DNA of 64,000 nt from a virus. The stretch is from positions 24,645 through 88,644 of the IMG/VR virus record IMGVR_UViG_3300032285_002723, one strand, 5' to 3'. The notes beneath the pieces were generated by a model, which was not told the DNA's origin, ran no database searches, and was given only the letters and a program-made list of their open reading frames with translations. Each line of letters begins with the position of its first letter. Position 1 is the first letter of the stretch. Positions 47,448 to 57,474 of this stretch are shown one piece after another. The translations under genes and the position numbers were made by a program.

Positions 47448-50400
47448 ATGAATGGAGGAAAGGATATAAAATTTGGGCACGATAAACGCCAAGTTTCTAT
47501 TGTACCAAAATCAGAACAAAATCTTTATAATATTACAAATGGTGAATTATTAACAGATGAGTTTGGAACTCCTCTAATTACAGAAGTTGATACGTATTAT
47601 CTTCCCGACGCAACAGCAAATAGATCTTCTTCTGTTGTATTTGATGGAGTAAAGAGTCCATATTTAAAACAAAGTTATCAAACAATTGGTATATGTTCTG
47701 CTGTTTATGGGGATTATGATGTATATCTAACTCAACCATTTACAGTATTACAATCTGGTGGTGGAACTGTTAGTATTTCTAGCACAGTATTAACATCATC
47801 TGGATATGTAATATTGGGAAATTATCCGTACCAAGAAGTCGGAACATTAATAGATCAAGGATCGGAAAAAAATAAATTATATTTTGATACTTCAGTTGGA
47901 ATTTCCACAATACTTGGCGTTTCTGTTGGAGATTTTGTATCTGGACCAGATATTCCAGACGGAACTTATGTTACAAAAGTTTCATATAATAATAGATTAT
48001 CATTATCCAATAATACAACAAATACTTCATCTCAAATTAAAAATATTTTAATTCAAAGAAAAAGTATTATTAAAGCAAAATCAGATCCAGTTTGGAAAAT
48101 TGCAGAGCAATTTAAAGAAACAAGCGAAGTTAGCACAACATTACTTGGTGTCAGTAGGGCAGAAACTCAACTTGCATTATTTGCAAACGTATCTAGTTAT
48201 GGTTTAGATCCAGATGATTTTGAAACATATTCATTTAATGATGGATCAAGTTTTGGAAGTTGGGAAACAAGAAAAAATGCATTATATGGAAATAGATATA
48301 CTGCAACAACTACAGAAGAAACACAAGAATCAGCTGTTAGATTAACTGCATTTCCTACACCATATTCATATCCATTTGGACCAAACTTTAATAAATTGGG
48401 TCTTTATAATCAAGATTTATTCAATCGTTATCTTTTATTCATACAACTTGGAAATGATTTATATACGTATTTTAATACTGGTGCTGGATCATATTATCCA
48501 AGTGGATGGAAAGAAAAGTTTTTATCTTCTGCATTTGCTTATGTGACTGGTGGTGATGTTGATTATATTGCTGGTTATGATTCTGCATTTGCTCAAATTG
48601 ATACTTGGACTGAAACTTGGAGAGATATTAAAGATGGAATTTTAAAAGATCCTACCGATGGATCTGTTTTTAATTTTTCTACAATTAGCACCATTTTGAA
48701 TGGTTCTTATGATTCAACATCAACTCGCCCTGGATATTCTAATAGTAATAGAAGATATTCATATCTTCAATCAAGAAAAGTATTTAGATATCAACCTGGT
48801 AGAATTAGTGGATTTACTTTTGGTTTAAGATCTTCTGTAGAACCAATAACTGGAATTACTTTAGAATGGGGAATTGCAAATAATAGTGATCAATATATAT
48901 TTCAAATTAATGCTGGTCAGTTATCTATTATTCGCAGAAGTACAATTCCATTAGAATCTAGTGTATTGATAAGAAATGGATTAACACTTTCGGATCAAAC
49001 AAGAATTCCAAGTGGAGATCCATTTGATAGTGAATTATATTGGACAATAAAAATACCAAAAGATAAGTTTAACGGCGATCCATTAAACTCTAATGGACCT
49101 TCTGGATATTTGTTGCAACCACAAAATGTTACAATGTATAAAATTGAATTTGGTTGGTATGGTGCAATTGGTGCAAGATTCTATGCATATATTCCAACAG
49201 ATAATGGGAATGCAAGATGGGTAGTTATTCATACACTTGTAATTGAAAACTCTCTTGGTTCTCCTTGTTTGAGAGATTCTTATTTTAGATTTAAATATTC
49301 TTTGAATATTGCCAACACTGGAGATGTTAGAACTCCACAATACATCTATAAGTATGGTGCTTCATATTATATTGATGGTGGGGATGAAGGAACATCTCAA
49401 ATATATTCAGCATCATCTAAACAAAAAACAATTAAAAAAACTAGCAGCAAGTCTTTGATTGGAATTCGTCCAAAAGAATATTTGTTAAATCGTGAAGGAA
49501 TTGAAGTAAAAAATAAAAAACTGATTATTCCAGAAACATTGAACATTTCTTCTGATTCATTGACAGAGGTAAAAGTTGTAACTTGTAGTGCTTGTCCTGG
49601 TTTTGGTCACGTATATACACCAGGAGTAGCAACAACAGAAAATGGCAGATATATTAATGCACAATTTGATACGACAAGTAGCATTGTTACGGTTGGTTCT
49701 GGTGTTTATTTCACTAAAAATGATATTGGTGCAAAGATAATTGCACCTTCAATTTACAACGCATATATTACAAATGTGACAAATCCAATTGGTATTGGAA
49801 TTTCTTATGAAAAAGCAGAGATAAAAAGATTTGATGGATTGTCTTCATTTAATTTAGCAACAAAACCAATAGCAGGGGAATTAGTTTTAGATAGAATTTT
49901 GGGAATTACAACCACAATTGGTATTGGAACTACATATCCATATCAAATTCGTTTAAGTAATTATGATGCCACTGCTGCTTCTGAATTTGCATTTACTGGA
50001 TCTTCAATTGAAATTCAATTTATAAATCCAAATAATCAAGATAACTATGGACATTGGGCAGATTTCTTAATTGGAGTTACTGACAAAAAACCAGATGTAT
50101 CTCTTCCTGATACTTTGAATGGATTTATTCTTCCTGGAGCAGGAACAACAAGTGTTCTTTCAAATTCTCAAATTTTATATGGAGAGCATACACATTCTTA
50201 TGCTGCTTCTGATGAAGATGGAGTTGAAACTGCAGAATCTTGGGCACCAGTACAACCACCATTGAGAATGGGAATTGATTACAGAATTCCAGGTATATCT
50301 GCACCAGCAGGTGGAACTTGTTCCAAGGTTACTGTGGATGTTTTGGATCCACTAGAAATAAAAAATGTCAATGAAAGAAACTATCTTCCAAATCCTAATG

Positions 50401-51146
50401 GAAATACAACTGTAGATCCTTTAGGAAGGTATTGGATTGAAATTGCAGGAACATTTCCAGCAATTGATTTTGATGGAGGACAAATTGCAATTAAAAATAC
50501 TACTACGGAAATCATAACTATTACAAATTCTAAATTTGTTGGAGTTACAAGTAGTTACACTAATGATCAAGGAAACATATTTTCTTATATTCAAATTTCA
50601 CAATCTTTAGGATCTGTTGGATCTAATTTTACTGTTCTTATTCGTCCAGTATCTATTACTGGAAATACAATTAGTAAACAAAAACTTTATAATTATAATC
50701 CTTGGCCTTTGTATGTGGTTGCAAAATTAAAAGACAATGCAGCAATCAATAATATTACTGTGAAAGAAACTATTGGTGATTTCCAAAGAACGATTAGTCC
50801 AAAATGGTATATTTCTAGTAATTGTACAGTTACTACTGCTGGTGGAAATGCAGATATAACTGGTGCGGCACCAACTAACTTCCAAGAAATTAATAGATCT
50901 TCTTCTGCATTAATTGATATTCAAAATGATCAAAAATTAAGACCTTATATAGAAAGAGATACATTATATGTTGGTGCAAATTCTACGGAAACTATTAATA
51001 TGAGAAAAATATTTGGTCCTGATAGATCTGTCATAACACCTGATAATAATAATACTGAAGCAACCTTTATTCTTGCTAAAAAAATTGATGGAGCACTTGG
51101 TTCCACTGGAACTATTGAAGCAAGTATAAACTTCAAAGAACAATAA
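47448..51146 (+). CDS. Large virion structural protein, paralog of the previous gene
   Basis: Same three motif blocks. Confidence 0.6.
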   Translation: MNGGKDIKFGHDKRQVSIVPKSEQNLYNITNGELLTDEFGTPLITEVDTYYLPDATANRSSSVVFDGVKSPYLKQSYQTIGICSAVYGDYDVYLTQPFTVLQSGGGTVSISSTVLTSSGYVILGNYPYQEVGTLIDQGSEKNKLYFDTSVGISTILGVSVGDFVSGPDIPDGTYVTKVSYNNRLSLSNNTTNTSSQIKNILIQRKSIIKAKSDPVWKIAEQFKETSEVSTTLLGVSRAETQLALFANVSSYGLDPDDFETYSFNDGSSFGSWETRKNALYGNRYTATTTEETQESAVRLTAFPTPYSYPFGPNFNKLGLYNQDLFNRYLLFIQLGNDLYTYFNTGAGSYYPSGWKEKFLSSAFAYVTGGDVDYIAGYDSAFAQIDTWTETWRDIKDGILKDPTDGSVFNFSTISTILNGSYDSTSTRPGYSNSNRRYSYLQSRKVFRYQPGRISGFTFGLRSSVEPITGITLEWGIANNSDQYIFQINAGQLSIIRRSTIPLESSVLIRNGLTLSDQTRIPSGDPFDSELYWTIKIPKDKFNGDPLNSNGPSGYLLQPQNVTMYKIEFGWYGAIGARFYAYIPTDNGNARWVVIHTLVIENSLGSPCLRDSYFRFKYSLNIANTGDVRTPQYIYKYGASYYIDGGDEGTSQIYSASSKQKTIKKTSSKSLIGIRPKEYLLNREGIEVKNKKLIIPETLNISSDSLTEVKVVTCSACPGFGHVYTPGVATTENGRYINAQFDTTSSIVTVGSGVYFTKNDIGAKIIAPSIYNAYITNVTNPIGIGISYEKAEIKRFDGLSSFNLATKPIAGELVLDRILGITTTIGIGTTYPYQIRLSNYDATAASEFAFTGSSIEIQFINPNNQDNYGHWADFLIGVTDKKPDVSLPDTLNGFILPGAGTTSVLSNSQILYGEHTHSYAASDEDGVETAESWAPVQPPLRMGIDYRIPGISAPAGGTCSKVTVDVLDPLEIKNVNERNYLPNPNGNTTVDPLGRYWIEIAGTFPAIDFDGGQIAIKNTTTEIITITNSKFVGVTSSYTNDQGNIFSYIQISQSLGSVGSNFTVLIRPVSITGNTISKQKLYNYNPWPLYVVAKLKDNAAINNITVKETIGDFQRTISPKWYISSNCTVTTAGGNADITGAAPTNFQEINRSSSALIDIQNDQKLRPYIERDTLYVGANSTETINMRKIFGPDRSVITPDNNNTEATFILAKKIDGALGSTGTIEASINFKEQ

Positions 51147-51170
51147 TAAATAAAGAAAAAAGAAATCATA

Positions 51171-51689
51171 ATGGCAACTTATAGACCCTTAATTGTAAAT
51201 TCAACTGCTAATCAAATACAGGAGATTGGCACTTCTGATAGTTTGACGGGTAATGGAATAATTCCAGTTGGTGGAATTATTATGTGGTCTGGAACTATTG
51301 CAAATATCCCAACAGGTTGGGCATTGTGTAATGGATCTAATAGTACTCCAGATTTAAGAAATAAATTTATTGTTGGTGCTCATAGTGGTGCTGGAATTGG
51401 AACTGTTGCAACTGCTGGACCAGGAATTTCTACCAACACCGCAACAAATCCAAATTATACTCCAGGAAATTTTGGAGGAGAAACTTCTCATCAATTAACC
51501 ATTGCAGAACTTGCATCTCATACTCATACATATCAAAGACCCAATAACACTGAAAAAACTGGCACTGGTGGTAGCACTGCATCTAATTTTACGCAAGGCG
51601 ACTATACTACTACATCTACAGGTGGAGACAACTACCACGAAAACAGACCACCATATTATGCACTTGCCTTTATTATGAGAACTCTTTGA
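51171..51689 (+). CDS. Tail collar domain protein
   Basis: PVGGIIMWSG..IPTGWALCNG..TPDLR..F; GGE..H.LT..E..SH.H; HENRPPYYALAFIM. Confidence 0.8.
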   Translation: MATYRPLIVNSTANQIQEIGTSDSLTGNGIIPVGGIIMWSGTIANIPTGWALCNGSNSTPDLRNKFIVGAHSGAGIGTVATAGPGISTNTATNPNYTPGNFGGETSHQLTIAELASHTHTYQRPNNTEKTGTGGSTASNFTQGDYTTTSTGGDNYHENRPPYYALAFIMRTL

Positions 51690-51690
51690 T

Positions 51691-54123
51691 ATGGCATTAA
51701 AGAATCCTAAACTATTTGGTCTTAATGTATTAAATTATTTTTCTGATATAGAAAATAAAAACCAAGCACTTACTGCTTTGAATTTGCCTCCATTGGATTT
51801 GGATGTTATTCGTGGAACTTCAAATGCTGGTGCCACAAGAAATGATTTTATAAGTTTTTCAAGATTAACTCAACCAATATATAAAGTTCTTGATCGTTAT
51901 CAATCCGATTCTGCAACTTATACTGATATTCTTTTTAATAAAGCAGGAACAAATTCAACTCTTTTTGGTAATTTAAATATTAATGGTGGGTTAAGTGGTA
52001 ATGCAATTCGTTATCGTTATGTGGACGGAACAGGATCTTCTGCAGTAGTAAAAATTGCTGATATATCAACATCAAGAGTAAGTGCTTGGAGTTCAAGTGC
52101 TAATCCAGTAGTTGACACATCACCAATTTCTTATGGCGCAAGAGTTGGTATTATTACTGGAGGTTCTTTGCAGTTTGGAACACAATCACCTTCAGTATCT
52201 GGTCCTAGACTTCAAACAACTATTACTCCACAAGCAAAAGAGTTTGCTTCAGAATTTCCAACTCATAAAATTAATTGCACAATAGGTGGACAGACAGTAA
52301 GTCTATATGCAATGAAAGGTATTCCTCTTGTATTTACTGGATTCTTTAGAAATTTAGATGCAAATATAACCTTAACAGGTTTAATTGGTGGAACTTCCGC
52401 AAGTTGGAAAATTGTTAATACATCAAACGCAAACGATTTTACAACATATTCAAATCAAGGCGGAACTAGTTCTACAATTAATTACATATCTTCTATATCA
52501 AGAGAAAGATATATTCAATTTTATTATAATCCAGATAACATTTCCTCTATTACAATCAACTCTGCAAATATTTCTACTCTTCCAGTTACAAAATTAGCAA
52601 ATGCTACATTATTAAATTTTTCATATAATAATATAACAAATTTTCCAGATTTAACCACATTTTCTCCTAATGTTCAATCCATATATTTTGTTAAAAATCC
52701 ATTTTATTTAAGTGATACTGTAGCAGAAAGAAAGTTAAATTCAAATATTATAAACAAAATTCCTACAACGGTTAGAAATTTTGTTATGGGTGGAACATTT
52801 TATGGTTCTATTACGCAAAATATTATTGCAAATCGTTTTACAACTTTAACAACATTAAATTTATCTACAGGTGGTGGAGCATATTTCTATCCAGATGATA
52901 GCGATAATACTTGTGCTTTGCCTAATGTTCCAAATAGTTGCGAGACTTATTTGGTAGATAACAATGACTTTCGTGCTTTTGGTACAACAAATACTGGTGC
53001 AGGTCAGTATAATGTAAGAGATTTAACAAACTTAATTACATTAAGTTTAAGTGGTAATTATTATCTTGAGTATAATCAAGAGAATTTAATATCATCCAGC
53101 AATAATAAAATACAATTTATAAATTTATACAACACTGCAATAAGATGTCCAGACTTAAACGGAAAGCAATCACTTACTACATTTTACGGTCATTATTGTA
53201 GAAATATTGGAAGTATTTTTACTTCTGGTAATACTTATAAGTTTGATGGTTGTGGATCATTGAGCACTTTATATTTTTATAATTCACCATTGACTGGTGC
53301 AATGCCAAAATTTACAAATGCAAGTTTGAGTTATTTGGAACTTCGTTATACTTCTTTAACTGGAGGAAATCCAAATGGTGATAATACTTATGTAATTCCA
53401 GAAAGAACCTTTGAGCAGTCTCCAAATCTTCAATATATGTTACTGCAGTCTGGAAATCTTCTTACCAGTCCAATACATCCAAATGCATTTACATATACTC
53501 CAAATCTTTATTATCTTTGGTATATTTCTTATGGAAGAACTGGAGGATCAATACCAACTTTGGCATCTTGTTCCAACTTAACGTGGATTATTTTTCATTA
53601 TAATAATTTTACTGGAAATTTTCCAAATCTTGCGTCAAATAGAAATATTTACTATGTGGATTCTAGTTATAATTCTTTATCTGGAAATATTCCGGGATTT
53701 AAGAATCTTTCTTCTTTAAGTTATTTGTTTTTATACAACAATCAATTTACTGGTATAACCAAATTCACAAACTTACCAAGTTTGGCATATTTTTATGCAC
53801 ACAATAATCAATTATCTGGAGAAATTCCAGATTTTACTGATTGTCCAAATATGTATTATTTGATTTTATTTAATAATAAATTTACAACTTACAAATCTGG
53901 TGCATTCTCTTCCTTATATCGTTTGAGGTATTTGGATTTGGCAAATAATTTGTTAAGTCAACAAGCAATTAATTCTATAATTTCTGATTTGTATACAAAT
54001 TATAATTCAATTAATCGTAGTGGAGTTACAATTAATCTTCGCGGAAATGCAGCTCCAAGTGGAACATCACTTGATTACATAGATATTTTAAGATCCAAAG
54101 GTTGGTCAATAGCACTAGATTAA
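51691..54123 (+). CDS. Leucine-rich-repeat protein in the virion module
   Basis: Tandem LxxLxLxxNxL(S/T)GxIP-like repeats in the C-terminal half. Confidence 0.75.
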   Translation: MALKNPKLFGLNVLNYFSDIENKNQALTALNLPPLDLDVIRGTSNAGATRNDFISFSRLTQPIYKVLDRYQSDSATYTDILFNKAGTNSTLFGNLNINGGLSGNAIRYRYVDGTGSSAVVKIADISTSRVSAWSSSANPVVDTSPISYGARVGIITGGSLQFGTQSPSVSGPRLQTTITPQAKEFASEFPTHKINCTIGGQTVSLYAMKGIPLVFTGFFRNLDANITLTGLIGGTSASWKIVNTSNANDFTTYSNQGGTSSTINYISSISRERYIQFYYNPDNISSITINSANISTLPVTKLANATLLNFSYNNITNFPDLTTFSPNVQSIYFVKNPFYLSDTVAERKLNSNIINKIPTTVRNFVMGGTFYGSITQNIIANRFTTLTTLNLSTGGGAYFYPDDSDNTCALPNVPNSCETYLVDNNDFRAFGTTNTGAGQYNVRDLTNLITLSLSGNYYLEYNQENLISSSNNKIQFINLYNTAIRCPDLNGKQSLTTFYGHYCRNIGSIFTSGNTYKFDGCGSLSTLYFYNSPLTGAMPKFTNASLSYLELRYTSLTGGNPNGDNTYVIPERTFEQSPNLQYMLLQSGNLLTSPIHPNAFTYTPNLYYLWYISYGRTGGSIPTLASCSNLTWIIFHYNNFTGNFPNLASNRNIYYVDSSYNSLSGNIPGFKNLSSLSYLFLYNNQFTGITKFTNLPSLAYFYAHNNQLSGEIPDFTDCPNMYYLILFNNKFTTYKSGAFSSLYRLRYLDLANNLLSQQAINSIISDLYTNYNSINRSGVTINLRGNAAPSGTSLDYIDILRSKGWSIALD

Positions 54124-54124
54124 A

Positions 54125-55048
54125 ATGGTAAAACAAAATCAAGGGTTTAGAAAAGATTTAAATCTACAAGAAACTACTAATGAAACACAGGCTTTAAATA
54201 ATCTTGGTGGTGCTGGAATTTCAGAAGATTTGCGTATTTTACAAAATAATTTAAGAAATACTTCAACTCTATCATTCAATACTACTGTTGGTGCAGCAAT
54301 ATCAAGTGGATACTTTTATTTTGGTTCAATTAGTGAATTTGTATTTACAAATGATGATGTTGTTGGCGTAAAAACTGACATTACAGTTGGTGTTGGTGTT
54401 ACGTTGTATAAAAATAATACTTATTATATTTGTAATTCAAATACTGAAGATAAATTTAAACTATCAACAAGTCCATCTTCTGTTGGTGTAAATACAATTA
54501 CTGTCTCTTCTGTATCATCAAGTTTTGATTTTATTCGCAAAAATCCAGTATATAAAGAAAATATTTTAAATCTGATAAAACCAAATATTCAAGATGATGG
54601 ATTTAATTATCTTGGACAATCAATCAATAGTGCTTTTGGTGGTGTAGCAGCAACAAATGAAACTGCCAAATACCTAATAACAAAAAAATATAAATCAAAC
54701 GAAAATACAGTATCACCAAATGATATAAATGTTGAAGGATCTATTAAAATAAATGATCCAGAAAACTTTAATTCTGGGTTTTCACAATTATCTGATACAA
54801 GATCTCCTGGTATTTTTATTGGTGATACTCGTGCATTTTCAAGTGATAATAATCCTTGGACACAAGTTGGAACTGCCTTATCAACTTTAAGTGATTCAGT
54901 TTCAATTGGAGAACTTTATTTTGCAGATAATATATCAATCACTGGAATTAGCACAGAGTCTGCATCTAGTGTTGCAGTTACGACATACACTCACAAATTA
55001 CCAGTTGTAATTAATGGTGAAACTTATTATATTTTATTAGGCGCATAG
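54125..55048 (+). CDS. Putative fibre protein
   Basis: N-terminus resembles those of its neighbours; C-terminal HKLPVVINGETYYILL. Confidence 0.5.
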   Translation: MVKQNQGFRKDLNLQETTNETQALNNLGGAGISEDLRILQNNLRNTSTLSFNTTVGAAISSGYFYFGSISEFVFTNDDVVGVKTDITVGVGVTLYKNNTYYICNSNTEDKFKLSTSPSSVGVNTITVSSVSSSFDFIRKNPVYKENILNLIKPNIQDDGFNYLGQSINSAFGGVAATNETAKYLITKKYKSNENTVSPNDINVEGSIKINDPENFNSGFSQLSDTRSPGIFIGDTRAFSSDNNPWTQVGTALSTLSDSVSIGELYFADNISITGISTESASSVAVTTYTHKLPVVINGETYYILLGA

Positions 55049-57184
55049 AATTTTATAAGTTCCAATTGGCGTTTTAATTGATAATCTACTTGTAGATGTA
55101 TCTGATGAAGAATAAGTTGTAATATTTGAAGGCGAAACAACTGCTTTTAATGAATCAAATATTACATTTCCAGATTCAATTCGTAGACTTGGTGAGGCGG
55201 ATACTGTTTCTAATCCATCCAAAGTTGCAGTAAATGGAGGAGAGGTGTCTGTTGGTGGGCAGCAAAGTTGTCTATCACCAGAATCCCCAGTGACTGTAAA
55301 GTTTGCTCCTGCAACTAAAGCACGAATTAATGGTTGGTTAATTGTAATACTTCCTGCTGGTGGAGAACCATTAACAGTTGTTGAACTAGCAAAATACGTT
55401 CCTTGTACAGACCACCCATTAGAAACTCCAGTGGTATCTACTACAGGAATAGTAGTTGCACCTATTGGAGTATTAGCAGAAACAGTTAGACATTTTGTAA
55501 TTGTTCTATTGCAGAATGCATTTAAACTTTCATTAACAAGACCACGAGATTGATAGAGATAATAAGTTGATGCTCCCAATGATTGAGATGGAGAAATTGT
55601 AAAGGTTGTTGGACTACTAGTAGTTGTAATTCCAGTATATGATTGTGTAGTTGCACCAATCAAAATCATTCCAGATTTAAGATCAGTAGTATCACCACTA
55701 GATAAAGTAAAAGTTGTTGCAGATGCAGAACCTTCTATTTTTTTTACAAATCCACGATGATCAATAAATGTTAAACTTATAGAACCAGAAGCAGTTGCTA
55801 AAGTATCAATTATAATAGCAGTATTGACTAAAATTTGATTAATTCTTGCGTTTTCTGGAATCCCCGTACCAAAAACATAATTACCAACTTCCAAATTTGT
55901 TGTATTTGATAAAGTTATAACATTTGAATTTGATGTTGTCGTTCCAGTAAGTGTATTTTTTGTAATATCAACCAAAGATGTTTTTGGTTGATATTTAATA
56001 TCAACTTTTTTTAAAGATTTGACTTTTACATAATTGTTTGATAATACTCCACCAAGAGTTCCACCGCCAGATCTTATAGAATTGTCTACAAAAGTTGGAA
56101 ACTCTCCCTTTACATTATCACTAAAATCATAATCCAAAGAATATAAATTAGTATACCTCAAATCATTAGTACCACCAGTTGGAGCAATATAATTAAACTG
56201 AATATTTCTTTGTGCTGATATTGCATCAACGCTACTTGGAATATAATATCTTGCTCTAATTCTATATCTTTGTTGTGCATTTAAGATGTATGTAGAATAA
56301 GATATTGCAGTATCTTGTCCAATAGTTTTAAAGAAAGTTTTATTTTGATTGATAAAAGTTGCAGTTACTGCATTTCCTGATGGTGGAGTAAGACCAACAA
56401 CACCAGTAGTTCTATCAATTGAGGCAACTATAGTACCAGGATTAATTCCAACACCAGAAATACTTTGACCAACACCAACATATTTTGCATTACTTGCTGA
56501 TGATAAAATAATGTAATTTGAATCTAATGTTCCAGATGCAGATAATGAAGTAGTTAATCCAATTCTATTGATTTCTGTGTATGTTCCAACACCGCTTGTG
56601 TATCCTTGAGTTTCAAAATCAAATGTAAAACAAGCACTACTATTAATATTAAAAGAATAAGATCCAGTTTGTGTTGGAATAAAATATCCTTCCCATTGAA
56701 CACCACCATTTACATCAACACTTTCTGGTGTAAGTTTTCCACTATATGAAAAGTTTCCTAATTCCCAAAAATTATCAGTTTTAAATGGTATTCCAGAAAA
56801 AATTCCTACACTATTTTCAAATACTTGATTTGGATTAAAATAACTTGCGGATAATCCATTTCCTCCATTAAATCTTGGTTCACCAGAAAATGCTTTAAAT
56901 CTATCTAACCGATTTTGATATGTTATTCTTGGAGAAAACGCAACATTAATACCAGAACTATTTGTAACTTTAATTGCACTTCCTGAAATTTGTGAATAAC
57001 CAGCATTATCTAAACCAGCAGAATATATTCCTCTAATGCAATCTAAATCTTCGCTAATAAAAGTACTTGTACTATCATCAACTAATGTATCTATAAGATT
57101 ATTTAATGCTTCATTTGAATTTGACAAATCTCCAAGATTATTATCTCTTCTCAATCCAACTTTTTTGAATATCTTTCTAGCCAT
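55037..57184 (-). CDS. PA14-domain fibre/adhesin-like protein
   Basis: GNGLSASYF...QWEGYFIPTQTGSYSF PA14 motifs; repeated L.VG..V.GTGI modules. Confidence 0.6.
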   Translation of the reverse strand: MARKIFKKVGLRRDNNLGDLSNSNEALNNLIDTLVDDSTSTFISEDLDCIRGIYSAGLDNAGYSQISGSAIKVTNSSGINVAFSPRITYQNRLDRFKAFSGEPRFNGGNGLSASYFNPNQVFENSVGIFSGIPFKTDNFWELGNFSYSGKLTPESVDVNGGVQWEGYFIPTQTGSYSFNINSSACFTFDFETQGYTSGVGTYTEINRIGLTTSLSASGTLDSNYIILSSASNAKYVGVGQSISGVGINPGTIVASIDRTTGVVGLTPPSGNAVTATFINQNKTFFKTIGQDTAISYSTYILNAQQRYRIRARYYIPSSVDAISAQRNIQFNYIAPTGGTNDLRYTNLYSLDYDFSDNVKGEFPTFVDNSIRSGGGTLGGVLSNNYVKVKSLKKVDIKYQPKTSLVDITKNTLTGTTTSNSNVITLSNTTNLEVGNYVFGTGIPENARINQILVNTAIIIDTLATASGSISLTFIDHRGFVKKIEGSASATTFTLSSGDTTDLKSGMILIGATTQSYTGITTTSSPTTFTISPSQSLGASTYYLYQSRGLVNESLNAFCNRTITKCLTVSANTPIGATTIPVVDTTGVSNGWSVQGTYFASSTTVNGSPPAGSITINQPLIRALVAGANFTVTGDSGDRQLCCPPTDTSPPFTATLDGLETVSASPSLRIESGNVIFDSLKAVVSPSNITTYSSSDTSTSRLSIKTPIGTYKILCA

Positions 57185-57238
57185 TTTTGACTTTTTTTAT
57201 TATTTAGTTTAGAATATATAGTGTGTATACAATTTTAA

Positions 57239-57418
57239 ATGACACCTATGGATTCGCAAAAAATGTTTGAGGACTTGAGCAAGCAAGCAGAGGTTCTTAA
57301 AAAAGATTTGGTTGATTTGGAACAACAATTTAATATGAAAAAGGAACAATTTATTCGTATTCAAGGAGCACTTGAAGCATTGAGTTTAGTTAATCAAAAG
57401 GAGACAGAAGAAGAGTAA
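57239..57418 (+). CDS. 59-aa coiled-coil hypothetical protein (not in the ORF track)
   Basis: ...KKEQFIRIQGALEAL... Confidence 0.55.
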   Translation: MTPMDSQKMFEDLSKQAEVLKKDLVDLEQQFNMKKEQFIRIQGALEALSLVNQKETEEE

Positions 57419-57423
57419 TAAAT

Positions 57424-57453
57424 AAAAGGAGACTTATATAAGTCTCCTTTTTT
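57424..57453 (+). terminator. Perfect 28-bp palindrome/terminator
   Basis: AAAAGGAGACTTAT|ATAAGTCTCCTTTT followed by TT. Confidence 0.7.
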
Positions 57454-57474
57454 GGTACATACCGAATGTTATAA

